Source: Tubulanus polymorphus (lineage: Eukaryota > Animalia > Nemertea). Taken from it: a stretch of 64,000 bases of DNA. The notes beneath the pieces were generated by a model, which was not told the DNA's origin, ran no database searches, and saw only the letters and a program-made list of their open reading frames with translations. This document shows, piece by piece, positions 63,229 through 64,000 of this stretch (the stretch's first letter is position 1; every line of letters begins with the position of its first letter). The position numbers and the translations under genes were made by a program. The stretch spans positions 17,769,101-17,833,100 of the forward strand of contig NC_134025.1 in the NCBI RefSeq assembly GCF_964204645.1, read 5' to 3'.

Positions 63229-64000
63229 ACTAGGGGTCCAGGGACACCATGCCCACTTGGGAAGTGGTTTCCAATGCTCAACAATATAACAATTTCAAAA
63301 TTCAACGCCCCTGATGACCATACACAAAAACAAATGACCTTGAAACTCACTACAATCATTGAACATGTCAGCAGCTACGATTTTGTAATTGATTGTGATA
63401 ACAAAATATGCCTCGTTACCAATTTAATATGGAAATACTGAGTAATTCTACTCTTAAATGCCCCCTGGTGACCATATGCAAAACCCAATGACCTTGAAAC
63501 TCACCACAATAATAGAACATGTCATGAACTACAACTTTGCAATTGATCATGGTAACAAAATATGCCTAGCTACCAATCTAATAAGGAAATACTAAGTTAT
63601 TCTACTATTCAACACCCCCTGGTGACCATATAGAATAACTAATGTCCTTAAAACTCACCACAATCATAGACAATGTCATGAGCTACAACTGTGATTGTGG
63701 TAACAAAATATGCTTAAGTATCGATATAATGTGGAAAAACTTTTCCCCACCTACGAATGAGTACTGATGATACCAAGATGGCCGCCAATTGTGTCATAAT
63801 TGGCTGATGAAAAATACCTGTCTCAGGTATAAAACATCCCTTCCCAAAGAATACCCATCACAAATTGTAATGAGAAATGGCAAACCAGTAGGAAGCTACA
63901 GGACTCAGAATTTGGGCCAAAATTGACATTTTTGGGCACTAAAAAGGTCATAGGACGGCCATCTTGAGTCCGATCGACCCAATTTTTCATAAGGTGATGG
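63229..64000 (-). mobile_element. Family A HINE-like element, cut by the window edge
   Basis: ACTAGGGGTCCAGGGACACCATGCCCACTTGGGAAG, then three satellite units and the shared body. Confidence 0.85.

Overview
This is AT-rich eukaryotic (invertebrate metazoan-like) DNA with no recognisable host gene. It is a dense, multiply nested transposable-element cluster. Retroelements: two CR1/L2-type LINEs, an RTE-X-like LINE fragment, two Penelope-like elements (one with a hammerhead-ribozyme-like motif), one full-length and one fragmentary BEL/Pao LTR element. DNA transposons: a FLYWCH-MULE, a two-gene PIF/Harbinger, a pogo/Tigger remnant and several MITEs with 2-, 3-, 5- and 6-bp target duplications. 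Several non-autonomous Helentron/DINE-1-like (HINE) families are also present. The most notable structure is an 11.2-kb Merlin (IS1595/ISXO2-like DDE) element at 47503-58725, with TIRs and a perfect 8-bp TSD. It carries an intron-containing transposase and, divergently, a second gene for a DUF3987/YfjI-like P-loop NTPase, and the same 15-bp motif lies upstream of both genes. The HINE-like families carry arrays of CTCF-like and YY1-like motifs, including a ~154-bp satellite unit with one CTCF-like site per unit. Family assignments rest on motif recognition by eye and were not checked by database search. Boundaries marked approximate may be off by tens of bases.
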